Shown piece by piece: positions 7,838 through 16,825 of a stretch of 64,000 nt of DNA (the first letter of the stretch is position 1; every line of letters starts with the position of its first letter). The notes under the pieces were generated by a model that had not been told where the DNA came from, made no database searches, and was given only the letters and a program-made list of their open reading frames with translations. The stretch comes from an uncultured delta proteobacterium (GTDB lineage: Bacteria > Desulfobacterota > Desulfobacteria > Desulfobacterales > QNYZ01), in the NCBI GenBank assembly GCA_963845145.1, contig CAWJQU010000004.1:480001-544000 (forward strand). Direction: 5' to 3'. Both the position numbers and the translations under genes were made by a program.

Positions 7838-10579
7838 ATGATTGGCATCACTTCATACGGAGCCTATATCCCAAGACTGCGACTCGATCGAATGAGTATT
7901 GTCGAAAGTATGGGATGGTTTGCTCCGGCAATTATGATGGTCGCCCAGGGCGAGCGATCGTTTGGTAACTGGGATGAGGACAGCCTTACCATGGCGGTGG
8001 CTTCTGCCCGAGATTGTTTACAAGGATATGATAAGTCGCTCATCGATGCCGTTTATCTATGTTCAACAACCTTACCTTTTATAGACCGTTTGAATTCCGG
8101 AATTTTAAAGACGGCGCTTAACCTGGTAGATCAAATTCATTCAATGGATATCACGGCCTCTACCCGCTGCGGAACAATGGGGATCATCGAGGCAATGGCA
8201 ACTGTCAAGTCCGGGGAAAAATCCAATGCCTTGGTTTGTGCCACAGATATGCGGTTGACCAAAGCCGCCTACTTTTATGAGATGTGGTTTGGCGACGGTT
8301 CCGCATCCGTCACCATCGGAACAGAGAATGTGATCGCCGAATTTTTAGGGTCCCATACGGTTACCTGCGACTTTGTGGACCACTTTAGGGGTGCCAACCA
8401 TTCTTACGATTATATGTGGGAAGAACGATGGGTAAGGGACGAGGGGTATTCAAAACTTATCCCCGAAGCGGTGACCGGTCTTTTAGATAAGCTCGGTATG
8501 ACCATGGCGCAGGTGGATCATCTCTCATTTCCTTGCTTTTTTAAGTCAGAACACAAAAAGATCGCCCATAAACTGGGCGCCGCACCTGAAAAGGTCATTG
8601 ACAACCTCCATGAAGTCTGCGGTGAAACAGGGGCGGCCCATTCATTGATGCTGTTTTTAAAAGCCCTTGAAAAATCAAAGCCCGGTGAAAAAATATTAAT
8701 GGCCGGGTTTGGCCAGGGATGTGACGCCCTTCTCTTTGAAGTCACCTCGGAGATTAAGAACTTATCAAAAAGGGATGGGGTTTCCGGTGCGCTTGCAAAC
8801 GGATATTCCACTAAAAACTATTCTAAATATTTAAAATTCAGGGAACTCATTGATACGGAAATGGGTATTCGCGCCGAAGCCCCAACCCAAACAGCCATGA
8901 CGGTTCTTTGGCGAAAACGCCAAATGCTGCTTGGCATGGTGGGTGGTATCTGTTCCCAATGTAACACACCTCAATTTCCCAAATCCGATATTTGTATCCA
9001 TCCTGAATGTCGGGCGGTAGACACCCAGGCGCCACATGAATTCGCCAACGAACCCGCTCATATCATGAGTTACACGGGAGATCTTTTATCGGTTTCCGTC
9101 AACCCCCCGGCTATTTACGGAATGGTGGTGTTTGAAAATGGTGGCCGGTTTATGGCCGATTTCACGGATTGTGAGATGGAGGGGCTTTCCATTGGGCAAT
9201 CTGTTCGCCTGGATTTTAGAAAAAGATATACCGATAAAGAGCGCGGGTTTACCGGTTATTTTTGGAAAGCAATACCTATCCCTGGCTCATCCCCGGATTC
9301 ATCTGGGAATGCGGAATACGGGGCTGACATCCGGTTTGACGGCCAGGTAGCTGTTATCACCGGAGCCGGGGCTGGATTGGGCCGTTCTTATGCCCTGGAA
9401 CTGGCACAGCGAGGTGCAAAAGTTGTGGTGAACGACCTGAGGGGGAGTACGGATGGGAGCGGATCATCCAATCTTGCCGCAGACCGCGTGGTAAAAGAGA
9501 TTATCCAAAATGGTGGCGAAGCGGTGGCCAACTATGACTCGGTTGCCACTTATGAAGGGGGCAAGGCGATTATCGCTAAAGCCATGGAAGCCTGGGGGCG
9601 CGTCGATATTTTGATTAACAATGCAGGCGTGCTCCGGGATAAGTCCCTTCATAAAATGACAGCAGATATGTGGAAAACGGTCATCGACGTGCATTTAAAT
9701 GGCGCCTACTACGTTACCCAACCCGCCTTTAAAATAATGCGGGAAAATGGATTTGGACGGATCATTTTTACAACATCCGCCGCAGGACTTTATGGGAATT
9801 TTGGACAAACCAACTATGCCTCAGCAAAAATGGGACTGGTTGGCCTAATGAACACCCTCAAGTTAGAGGGGGAGCGGTATGGAATAAAAATCAATACCAT
9901 CGCACCCATAGCGGGTACCCGACTAACCCAGAGTGTACTGCCACCAGATTTGTTTGATCGGTTAAAACCCGAAAGTGTCACGCCTTTGGTCATCTATCTA
10001 GCTTCAGGGAAATGCAATGAAACCGGAATGATTTTCAATGCGGGAGGGGGGTATATCAACCGTGTTGCGGTGGTTACAGGGCCGGGCACTGTTCTGGGAG
10101 ATGGCGTCGAGCCACCGTCAATTGAAGATATTCACCGGAATTTTGATAAAATAGACGATATGTCGTCCATTGGCGAATATTCCGATGCCACCCGTGCGTT
10201 GTCACCCATGCTGGAGGCGTTTGAGGCACCGAAGAAAGAAGAAGTCGTTACAGAGGATAAAAGTACCGTAGAAGGTATATTTGGTCAGATGCCTAAGGTT
10301 TTTCAAGCTAGTGCTGCCAAGGGTGTGGATTTGGTTTTCCAATACATCATAAGCGGGTCCTCGGGCGGTGAATGGTATACCATCATCCGCAATGAAACCA
10401 TTGAGGTGCTCCAGGGTACACACGAAACACCCACAACCGTGATCAAAATGTCTGATGAGGATTTTGTCGACATGATTGCCGGCAAGTTAAACGCCATGGC
10501 GGCTTTCACTAGCGGCAGACTTAAGATTGAGGGTGACATCATGAAATCACAGTTGATTGAAAAATTATTCAAATTTTAA
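7838..10579 (+). CDS. HMG-CoA-synthase-like + DUF35 (Zn-ribbon/OB-fold) + SDR + SCP2 four-part fusion
   Basis: AAGGAG RBS. GITSYGAYIPRLR, DEDSLTMA and GDGSA, then CxxC..CxxxxC and YFWKA (DUF35), then TGAGAGLG, NNAG and NYASAK (SDR), then AFTSGRLKIEGD (SCP2). Confidence 0.85.
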   Translation: MIGITSYGAYIPRLRLDRMSIVESMGWFAPAIMMVAQGERSFGNWDEDSLTMAVASARDCLQGYDKSLIDAVYLCSTTLPFIDRLNSGILKTALNLVDQIHSMDITASTRCGTMGIIEAMATVKSGEKSNALVCATDMRLTKAAYFYEMWFGDGSASVTIGTENVIAEFLGSHTVTCDFVDHFRGANHSYDYMWEERWVRDEGYSKLIPEAVTGLLDKLGMTMAQVDHLSFPCFFKSEHKKIAHKLGAAPEKVIDNLHEVCGETGAAHSLMLFLKALEKSKPGEKILMAGFGQGCDALLFEVTSEIKNLSKRDGVSGALANGYSTKNYSKYLKFRELIDTEMGIRAEAPTQTAMTVLWRKRQMLLGMVGGICSQCNTPQFPKSDICIHPECRAVDTQAPHEFANEPAHIMSYTGDLLSVSVNPPAIYGMVVFENGGRFMADFTDCEMEGLSIGQSVRLDFRKRYTDKERGFTGYFWKAIPIPGSSPDSSGNAEYGADIRFDGQVAVITGAGAGLGRSYALELAQRGAKVVVNDLRGSTDGSGSSNLAADRVVKEIIQNGGEAVANYDSVATYEGGKAIIAKAMEAWGRVDILINNAGVLRDKSLHKMTADMWKTVIDVHLNGAYYVTQPAFKIMRENGFGRIIFTTSAAGLYGNFGQTNYASAKMGLVGLMNTLKLEGERYGIKINTIAPIAGTRLTQSVLPPDLFDRLKPESVTPLVIYLASGKCNETGMIFNAGGGYINRVAVVTGPGTVLGDGVEPPSIEDIHRNFDKIDDMSSIGEYSDATRALSPMLEAFEAPKKEEVVTEDKSTVEGIFGQMPKVFQASAAKGVDLVFQYIISGSSGGEWYTIIRNETIEVLQGTHETPTTVIKMSDEDFVDMIAGKLNAMAAFTSGRLKIEGDIMKSQLIEKLFKF

Positions 10580-10591
10580 GGGGTCGTCAAA

Positions 10592-11794
10592 ATGGCTACG
10601 GGAATAAGAGATAAAGTCGCAATCATCGGCATGGGGTGCTCTCGCTTTGGTGAACGTTGGGATATGGGGGCAGAAGAGTTGATTGTTGAATCCTATAAGG
10701 AGTGCATCAAGGATGCCGGTATTGCCCCTTCCGAAATCCAGGCGGCGTGGGTGGGGACCTGTTTTGAGGACATCAGCCTGGGGCGCAGCGCCCTGGGTGC
10801 TGCCATGGCCCTTCGTTTGGACTATATACCGGTTACCCGGGTTGAAAATTATTGTGCCAGTGGAACGGAATCCTTTCGGGGGGCTGTCTACGCTGTGGCC
10901 TCCGGCGCCTATGACACCTGTCTCGCCTTGGGTGTCGAAAAATTAAAAGATTCCGGATACGGAGGCCTCCCCAATCCCGGTAGTGGAATCGGATCATTGA
11001 ACTGGTTATGGTATCCCAACCTTTCAGCACCCGGCGTTTTCGCCCAACTAGCGACAGCCTATACGGCAAAATATAAAATTGATGAGAGCGACCTGAAGCA
11101 CGCCATCGGACATGTTTCAGTAAAAAGTCATGCCAACGGGGTCATGAATCCTAAAGCACATCTGCGGAAAGAAGTGACCATTGACCAGGTGCTGGCATCA
11201 CCCATCATCGCCTATCCTTTGGGCCTTTATGACTGCTGTGGGGTAAGTGACGGCGCGGCATGCGCCATTGTCACCACGGTTGAGCGGGCTCAAAAAATGG
11301 GTATCAAAAATCCGGTGACCGTGAAAGCGCTCCAATTGTCTCTTAGTAATGGCGAGGAGATGACTTACAATGGGTGGGATGGCACCTATCTTCCCACAAC
11401 ATCCAAAGCGAGCGCCAGGGCCTATTTAGAGGCGGGAATTTCAGACCCTAAAAAAGAGATCTCCATGATGGAACTCCATGACTGTTTTTCCATAACCGAG
11501 CTGATAACTTATGAAGATCTTCATATTTCTGAAAGGGGGAAGGCCTGGAAAGATGTATTAAATGGAAGGTATGATCGGGATGGTGAAATTCCCGCCCAGG
11601 TTGATGGTGGTTTAAAATGCTTTGGTCACCCCATCGGGGCCAGCGGTTTGAGGATGATTTATGAGATGTACTTGCAACTGCTAGGACGGGCCGGCGAGCG
11701 GCAAATAGAAAACCCCAAGTACGGGCTAACGCACAACCTGGGCGGCGTGCCTTTTATGAGTGTAAGCAGTATTGCCATACTTGGAAAATATTAA
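10592..11794 (+). CDS. SCP2/SCPx-type thiolase (acetyl-CoA acetyltransferase family)
   Basis: ENYCASG (nucleophilic Cys), CCGVSDGA, ELHDCF, GHPIGASG and HNLGG. Confidence 0.9.
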   Translation: MATGIRDKVAIIGMGCSRFGERWDMGAEELIVESYKECIKDAGIAPSEIQAAWVGTCFEDISLGRSALGAAMALRLDYIPVTRVENYCASGTESFRGAVYAVASGAYDTCLALGVEKLKDSGYGGLPNPGSGIGSLNWLWYPNLSAPGVFAQLATAYTAKYKIDESDLKHAIGHVSVKSHANGVMNPKAHLRKEVTIDQVLASPIIAYPLGLYDCCGVSDGAACAIVTTVERAQKMGIKNPVTVKALQLSLSNGEEMTYNGWDGTYLPTTSKASARAYLEAGISDPKKEISMMELHDCFSITELITYEDLHISERGKAWKDVLNGRYDRDGEIPAQVDGGLKCFGHPIGASGLRMIYEMYLQLLGRAGERQIENPKYGLTHNLGGVPFMSVSSIAILGKY

Positions 11795-11820
11795 TCCTGA
11801 TTTCTTACAGCGCATAAAAA

Positions 11821-12963
11821 ATGGAAATATTAAATTATACCAAAGATCACTTGGCGTTTAGGAAAAGAGTCCGCGCATTCATGCAAAAAGAAGTGGCTCC
11901 TTTTGCAGATATTTGGGAAAAAAACAGGATTGTCCCAAAAGAGATGTGGAAAAAAATGGGTGCGCAGGGGTTTTTATGCCCGGAGGTTCCCAAACAATAC
12001 GGGGGAGCCGGACTGGATTTCCTTTATAGTGTTATCATCATCGAAGAGTTGATCAGTACACGGCAATTCGGACTATTGACCCCCCTTCACAGCGATGTGG
12101 TAGTTCCTTATATAACCACCTACGGTTCTGAGGCATTAAAGCAAAAATACCTGCCCCATTGCGTTTCAGGCGATATGATTTCCGCAATTGGACTCACCGA
12201 ACCCAATGCCGGCAGTGATCTTGCCTCTCTGGGAACCACGGCGGTTCAAAAAGGGGACCATGTCGTGATTAACGGACAAAAAACATTTATCAGTAATGGG
12301 ATCAATTGCGATATTATTGTACTGGCGGCCAGGGATCCCGATGTGGAAAACCCCCATGCGGCAATTGATTTATATCTGGCGGAAACCGCTACTAAGGGCT
12401 TTCAACAGGGGGTGCAACTATCCAAAATGGGCTGGCATAGCCAGGATACAGCCGAACTTTATTTTAATAATCTAAAAGTTCCGATTACCTCCCGGCTGGG
12501 TGAAAAGGGAGGGGGCTTCCTGATGCTCATGGGAATGCTCCAGCAAGAGCGTTTGGTCTGCGCCGTCAGTGCGCAAGTTATGGCCGAGTGCATTTTGAAG
12601 ACCACCATCGAATTCTGTAAATCCCATAAAATTTCCGGACGTCCCATCATTAAAAACCAAAGTACCCAATTCAAAATCGTCAATATGGCGACAGAAGTTA
12701 AACTTGGCCGTACATTCATAGACAAACTTATTGCCGACCACCTGGAAATGAAAAATATAGTCATCGACGTATCAATGGCCAAAGCCTGGGTAACGGAAAT
12801 GGCCAGCCGAATTGCCAATGATTGCATGGATCTTTATGGCGATTTCGGCTACCTGGAAAAGCATCCCATAGAAAGATATTGGCGAGACATACGGGTGATG
12901 TCGATATTTGCCGGTACCAATGAAATAATGCGCAGTATTGCAGCAAAATTTATGGGACTCTGA
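11821..12963 (+). CDS. Acyl-CoA dehydrogenase (long-chain type)
   Basis: GLTEPNAGSD, NGQKTFISNG, KMGWHSQDTAEL, QERL and IFAGTNEIM. Confidence 0.92.
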   Translation: MEILNYTKDHLAFRKRVRAFMQKEVAPFADIWEKNRIVPKEMWKKMGAQGFLCPEVPKQYGGAGLDFLYSVIIIEELISTRQFGLLTPLHSDVVVPYITTYGSEALKQKYLPHCVSGDMISAIGLTEPNAGSDLASLGTTAVQKGDHVVINGQKTFISNGINCDIIVLAARDPDVENPHAAIDLYLAETATKGFQQGVQLSKMGWHSQDTAELYFNNLKVPITSRLGEKGGGFLMLMGMLQQERLVCAVSAQVMAECILKTTIEFCKSHKISGRPIIKNQSTQFKIVNMATEVKLGRTFIDKLIADHLEMKNIVIDVSMAKAWVTEMASRIANDCMDLYGDFGYLEKHPIERYWRDIRVMSIFAGTNEIMRSIAAKFMGL

Positions 12964-13053
12964 TCAAAAACGGGCCCATGGGATTTGTAGCACTTCTATT
13001 ATGACCGGGGTTTTACCGGCACTGAATTGACGATTTTAAAAAGGAGGATACCT

Positions 13054-14760
13054 ATGGGCACGGTTAGCGAAAAGCCATGGTTAGGATCGTATGATTCCGG
13101 TGTCAAACATGAGCTTACCATTCCGGACGAGCCGCTATCGGTGGCGTATGAACGGGTTCGTAAAGACTTTCCTGATGTACCGGCCTTCTACTTTTATGGG
13201 ATGACCCAAACATTTGAGGAAATGTTCAGTGCGGCTGATCGATTTGCAAAAGCCCTGGCCGACCGAGGCATCGGTAAAAATGATGTGGTGGCGATTAATT
13301 TGCCTAACCTTCCCCAGTATCTGATCGCCCAATTGGGGGCCACCCGAATGGGATGCTGGGTATCCGGTATGTCTCCTTTGCTCTCCGGGTCTGAAATGGC
13401 TTTTCAATTAAAAGATTCCGGGGCACAAGCATTGGTTACTCTGGATCCGATTTTTGAGCACCGGTTACTACCTGTAGTCGACCAGCTACCTGATTTAAAG
13501 GTCATCATTTCCACCGGGATTTTAGATTTTTTACCTAAATTTAAACAATTCATGGCCAAACTTCTTAAAAAAGTACCCACTGGAAAATGCTCTCCAATTC
13601 CCGATAAAGAGGTCATTTCTTTTGTAAATCTCCTTAACAACCATTCCCCCAATCCCCCCACCGTTGATATTGACCCGGAGGATGTTCACCTCCTGCAATA
13701 TACCGGGGGAACCACCGGTACACCAAAAGGTGCCATGCTAACCCACCGCAATGTTCTTAGCCAGGCCATAATCTGGAATCAGTGGTTTCATACGGAAATG
13801 GGAAAAGACATTGCATGTTCCGGGTACCCCTTTTTCCATGTAGGGGGGCAATGTTCACTTGTGGCTACCATCTGGCATGGGGTGACCCAGATTCTCATTC
13901 CCAATCCAAGGGATACAAAACATATTGTTAAACAGATAAAAAAATACCGACCTAATTTTATCAATAATGTACCGTCTTTATATCTTATGCTAATGAAAAC
14001 ACCCGGGTTTGATACACTCGATTTTTCATCGGTGCGATTTGCTACGGCCGCGGCCGCCCCTTTCCCGGTGGAACCCATGAAAGAACTAGAGGCATTGATT
14101 GGCGGCCATAAGGTTGTGGAACTTTATGGATTGACGGAAACCTCTCCCCTCATCACATTGAATCCCACTAAAGGTATTAAGAAAATTGGTAGTGTGGGCA
14201 TCCCCGCCCCCTCTACCGAAGTGCGGCTGGTGAATATCGCATCCAAAGAGCCAGTGCCAATGGGAGAACCCGGAGAGCTCATCGTATCCGGCCCCCAAGT
14301 GATGAAGGGGTATTGGAAAAATGATAAGGAAACCCGGATTGCCATACGAGAGCATGACAACCGAAAATGGTTACACACAGGAGATGTGGCCGTGATGGAT
14401 GAGGATGGATATTTTACCATTGTCGATCGAATCAAAGACATGATCAATATCAGCGGATTTAAAGTATTCCCAAGAGAGATAGAAGAGCAGTTGTATCGGC
14501 ATCCCTTTATAGAGGTCTGTGCGGTTTTGGGCGTTAAAAATCCGGATCGCCCTGAAACCGAAATGGTAAAATTGGTCATTCAACCGAGTGTGGCGTGTGA
14601 GGGGAAGAGCCACACGGAAATTATAAGTGAAATCAACTCGTTTTGCAAAGAGAACCTGGGTGTCTATAAAAAACCAAAGCTTATTGAAATTGTGGATGAA
14701 ATACCCATGACGAATGCCGGGAAGGTCGACAAAAGAGCCCTGAAGCAGGTTATTGGATGA
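13054..14760 (+). CDS. Long-chain fatty acid--CoA ligase (AMP-binding)
   Basis: AGGAGG RBS before ATG 13054. YTGGTTGTPKG, YGLTE, GPQVMKGYW, TGD, DRIKDMI and GKVDK. Confidence 0.92.
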   Translation: MGTVSEKPWLGSYDSGVKHELTIPDEPLSVAYERVRKDFPDVPAFYFYGMTQTFEEMFSAADRFAKALADRGIGKNDVVAINLPNLPQYLIAQLGATRMGCWVSGMSPLLSGSEMAFQLKDSGAQALVTLDPIFEHRLLPVVDQLPDLKVIISTGILDFLPKFKQFMAKLLKKVPTGKCSPIPDKEVISFVNLLNNHSPNPPTVDIDPEDVHLLQYTGGTTGTPKGAMLTHRNVLSQAIIWNQWFHTEMGKDIACSGYPFFHVGGQCSLVATIWHGVTQILIPNPRDTKHIVKQIKKYRPNFINNVPSLYLMLMKTPGFDTLDFSSVRFATAAAAPFPVEPMKELEALIGGHKVVELYGLTETSPLITLNPTKGIKKIGSVGIPAPSTEVRLVNIASKEPVPMGEPGELIVSGPQVMKGYWKNDKETRIAIREHDNRKWLHTGDVAVMDEDGYFTIVDRIKDMINISGFKVFPREIEEQLYRHPFIEVCAVLGVKNPDRPETEMVKLVIQPSVACEGKSHTEIISEINSFCKENLGVYKKPKLIEIVDEIPMTNAGKVDKRALKQVIG

Positions 14761-16802
14761 ATGAAATCTCAATATCTGTAAAGAAAAATGGAATCGCCAT
14801 TGCTGCATTGGATGATCCCGACCGTTCGATGAACACGCTGACACCCAGTTTATTGGAGTGTTTCAAGAAGAAACTAAAGCCACTTTTTGACGATGATGCG
14901 ATTAAGGCGATTATTTTGATTTCGGCCAAACCGAAAGTGTTTATCGCTGGGGCTGATATCAAATTGTTTTCAACGATTGAAGATCCGAACGTCATCCGTG
15001 AGATTGATGCCGAATACTCTGAATTTTTTACGTTCATGGCATCGCATCGAAAACCGGTCATCGCAGCGGTGAATGGCGCGGCTCTCGGCGGCGGACTCGA
15101 GACAGTGTTGGCGTGTGACTATATTTTAGCAACCGATCATCCGTCTACTACCTTCGGCCTCCCGGAAGTAAAACTCGGTATCTTGCCTGCGGCAGGCGGA
15201 ACCTACCGGCTTCCCCAACGGGTAGGAATTCTTAAAGGCCTGGATATGATGCTCACCGGTAAGTTCATCACTTCCCAAAAAGCGAAAAAGTTGGGGCTCG
15301 TGGATGAAATTGTTTCCCATTCGCTGCTAAGTAGTCGGGCGATGGAAATTGCACAGTGTCTAATTATAAATCCCAGTAATAGACAACCGAAACGGCGTAA
15401 ACCGCTTTGGGAATACCTGGTAGCCACTTGGCCCTTCAGTTGGGTTTTCTTTAATCTGGTACGGCGAAAAGTATTGAATCGCACCAAAGGAAATTATCCA
15501 GGGCCGGAAAAAATCATAGAATGTGTCAAACAGGGGATCACTCGGGGACAAGCGGCGGCCCTTAAACTGGAGATCGAATATATTTCGCAGCTTTTCCAAA
15601 CCCCTGAGTGTCAATCGCTTGTGTGGCTTTTTATCTCAATGAAAGAGATGGCTCCTGTTCCTGAAAATAATATCAATATTAAAAATATCGACCTCTGGGG
15701 CATATCCTCTAAGCGAGACGAATGGGCTTCATTGCTAAGGAAGCACTACCACATATGCGAATACGATCCGCCTCTGAATGGATCAGGTGAACCCACAAAT
15801 CATATCCTCCCTTCCGGCGACTGTAAGGAAAAACCGAAAGCTGATATTATTATTGATGTTAGCCCCTCCCATTTTGAAAAAAGAGGGTTTTATATTAATC
15901 CGCTGGAAGAAAGAATAGACAACGAAACCCCTATACTTTTCTCTTCCCTGTCAACTACAATTAAATTTTTAGGGGAAAAAGCGTCACACGCGGACAGGGT
16001 TTTGGGCTTGAATATTTTTCAGCCCATACGTAACAACCCTATTTTTGAGATGGTCATTCCTGATAAATCTTCAGAAAAGGCACTATCTGTTGTCCGGTCT
16101 TTTATCGCCCAAACCAAAAAACCGGTTATTGAGGTGAAGGATCAACCAGGATTTTATATTCCCCGACTTCTGTACTCATATTTTTATGAGGCGTTGATTT
16201 TATCTGAGATATGTCCTTTCCATAAAATAGACGCCGCTTTGGAAAGCTTCGGTTTTGCCATGGGTCCCTTTGCATTGATGGACCATATGGGATTGGATAC
16301 CATAGCGCAAATGTTTCTGGATCTTAGTTCTATATTTGAGCATCAATGGAGAAAAAAAAAGGACTTTCCTTTAAAAATAGTGGACGAGGGATATCTGGGC
16401 AGTCAATCCAATGCAGGGTTTTATAAATATAAACAGGGCAAAAGGTTAGGGCCAAATGAAACGCTGGCGACTCACCTGAATAAGAAATCGGAAAATTTGT
16501 ATGATCATACGGAAAAAATAAGCGAAAGTCTCGTATTTGCCATCGTAAATGAGGCTCTCTTGTGTTATGAGAAAAAAATTATCTCCTCACCTAAAGACGG
16601 GGATCTAGGGGCTGTTTTCGGATTGGCATTTCCGCCCTTTATGGCGGGACCTTTTCATTATTTTGACCGAATGGGAAAAACCCCAATGATACGAAGAATA
16701 GAAAAAGGAATCCAAGAGAAACGAATTCATTTTAAGCTTGCCCACACTTTTTCAGATTATCATCAGGATAAAACCTTTTTTAGTTTCAAAGCAGGCAGTT
16801 AA
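14757..16802 (+). CDS. FadB/FadJ-like protein with intact crotonase domain and degenerate 3-hydroxyacyl-CoA dehydrogenase half
   Basis: FIAGADI, GGGLE and GLPEVKLG are intact. The C-terminal half keeps VKDQPGF, GFAMGPF and GLAFPPF but lacks GxGxxG and the catalytic His (GLNIF instead of GMHFF). Confidence 0.85.
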   Translation: MNEISISVKKNGIAIAALDDPDRSMNTLTPSLLECFKKKLKPLFDDDAIKAIILISAKPKVFIAGADIKLFSTIEDPNVIREIDAEYSEFFTFMASHRKPVIAAVNGAALGGGLETVLACDYILATDHPSTTFGLPEVKLGILPAAGGTYRLPQRVGILKGLDMMLTGKFITSQKAKKLGLVDEIVSHSLLSSRAMEIAQCLIINPSNRQPKRRKPLWEYLVATWPFSWVFFNLVRRKVLNRTKGNYPGPEKIIECVKQGITRGQAAALKLEIEYISQLFQTPECQSLVWLFISMKEMAPVPENNINIKNIDLWGISSKRDEWASLLRKHYHICEYDPPLNGSGEPTNHILPSGDCKEKPKADIIIDVSPSHFEKRGFYINPLEERIDNETPILFSSLSTTIKFLGEKASHADRVLGLNIFQPIRNNPIFEMVIPDKSSEKALSVVRSFIAQTKKPVIEVKDQPGFYIPRLLYSYFYEALILSEICPFHKIDAALESFGFAMGPFALMDHMGLDTIAQMFLDLSSIFEHQWRKKKDFPLKIVDEGYLGSQSNAGFYKYKQGKRLGPNETLATHLNKKSENLYDHTEKISESLVFAIVNEALLCYEKKIISSPKDGDLGAVFGLAFPPFMAGPFHYFDRMGKTPMIRRIEKGIQEKRIHFKLAHTFSDYHQDKTFFSFKAGS

Positions 16803-16825
16803 TTTTATGGGAGTAAATATTTAAA

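Noticed and set aside
10592..11794. Ltp2-type steroid aldolase
   Set aside because: It retains the nucleophilic Cys (ENYCASG) and HDCF/GHP, consistent with a true SCP2-type thiolase.
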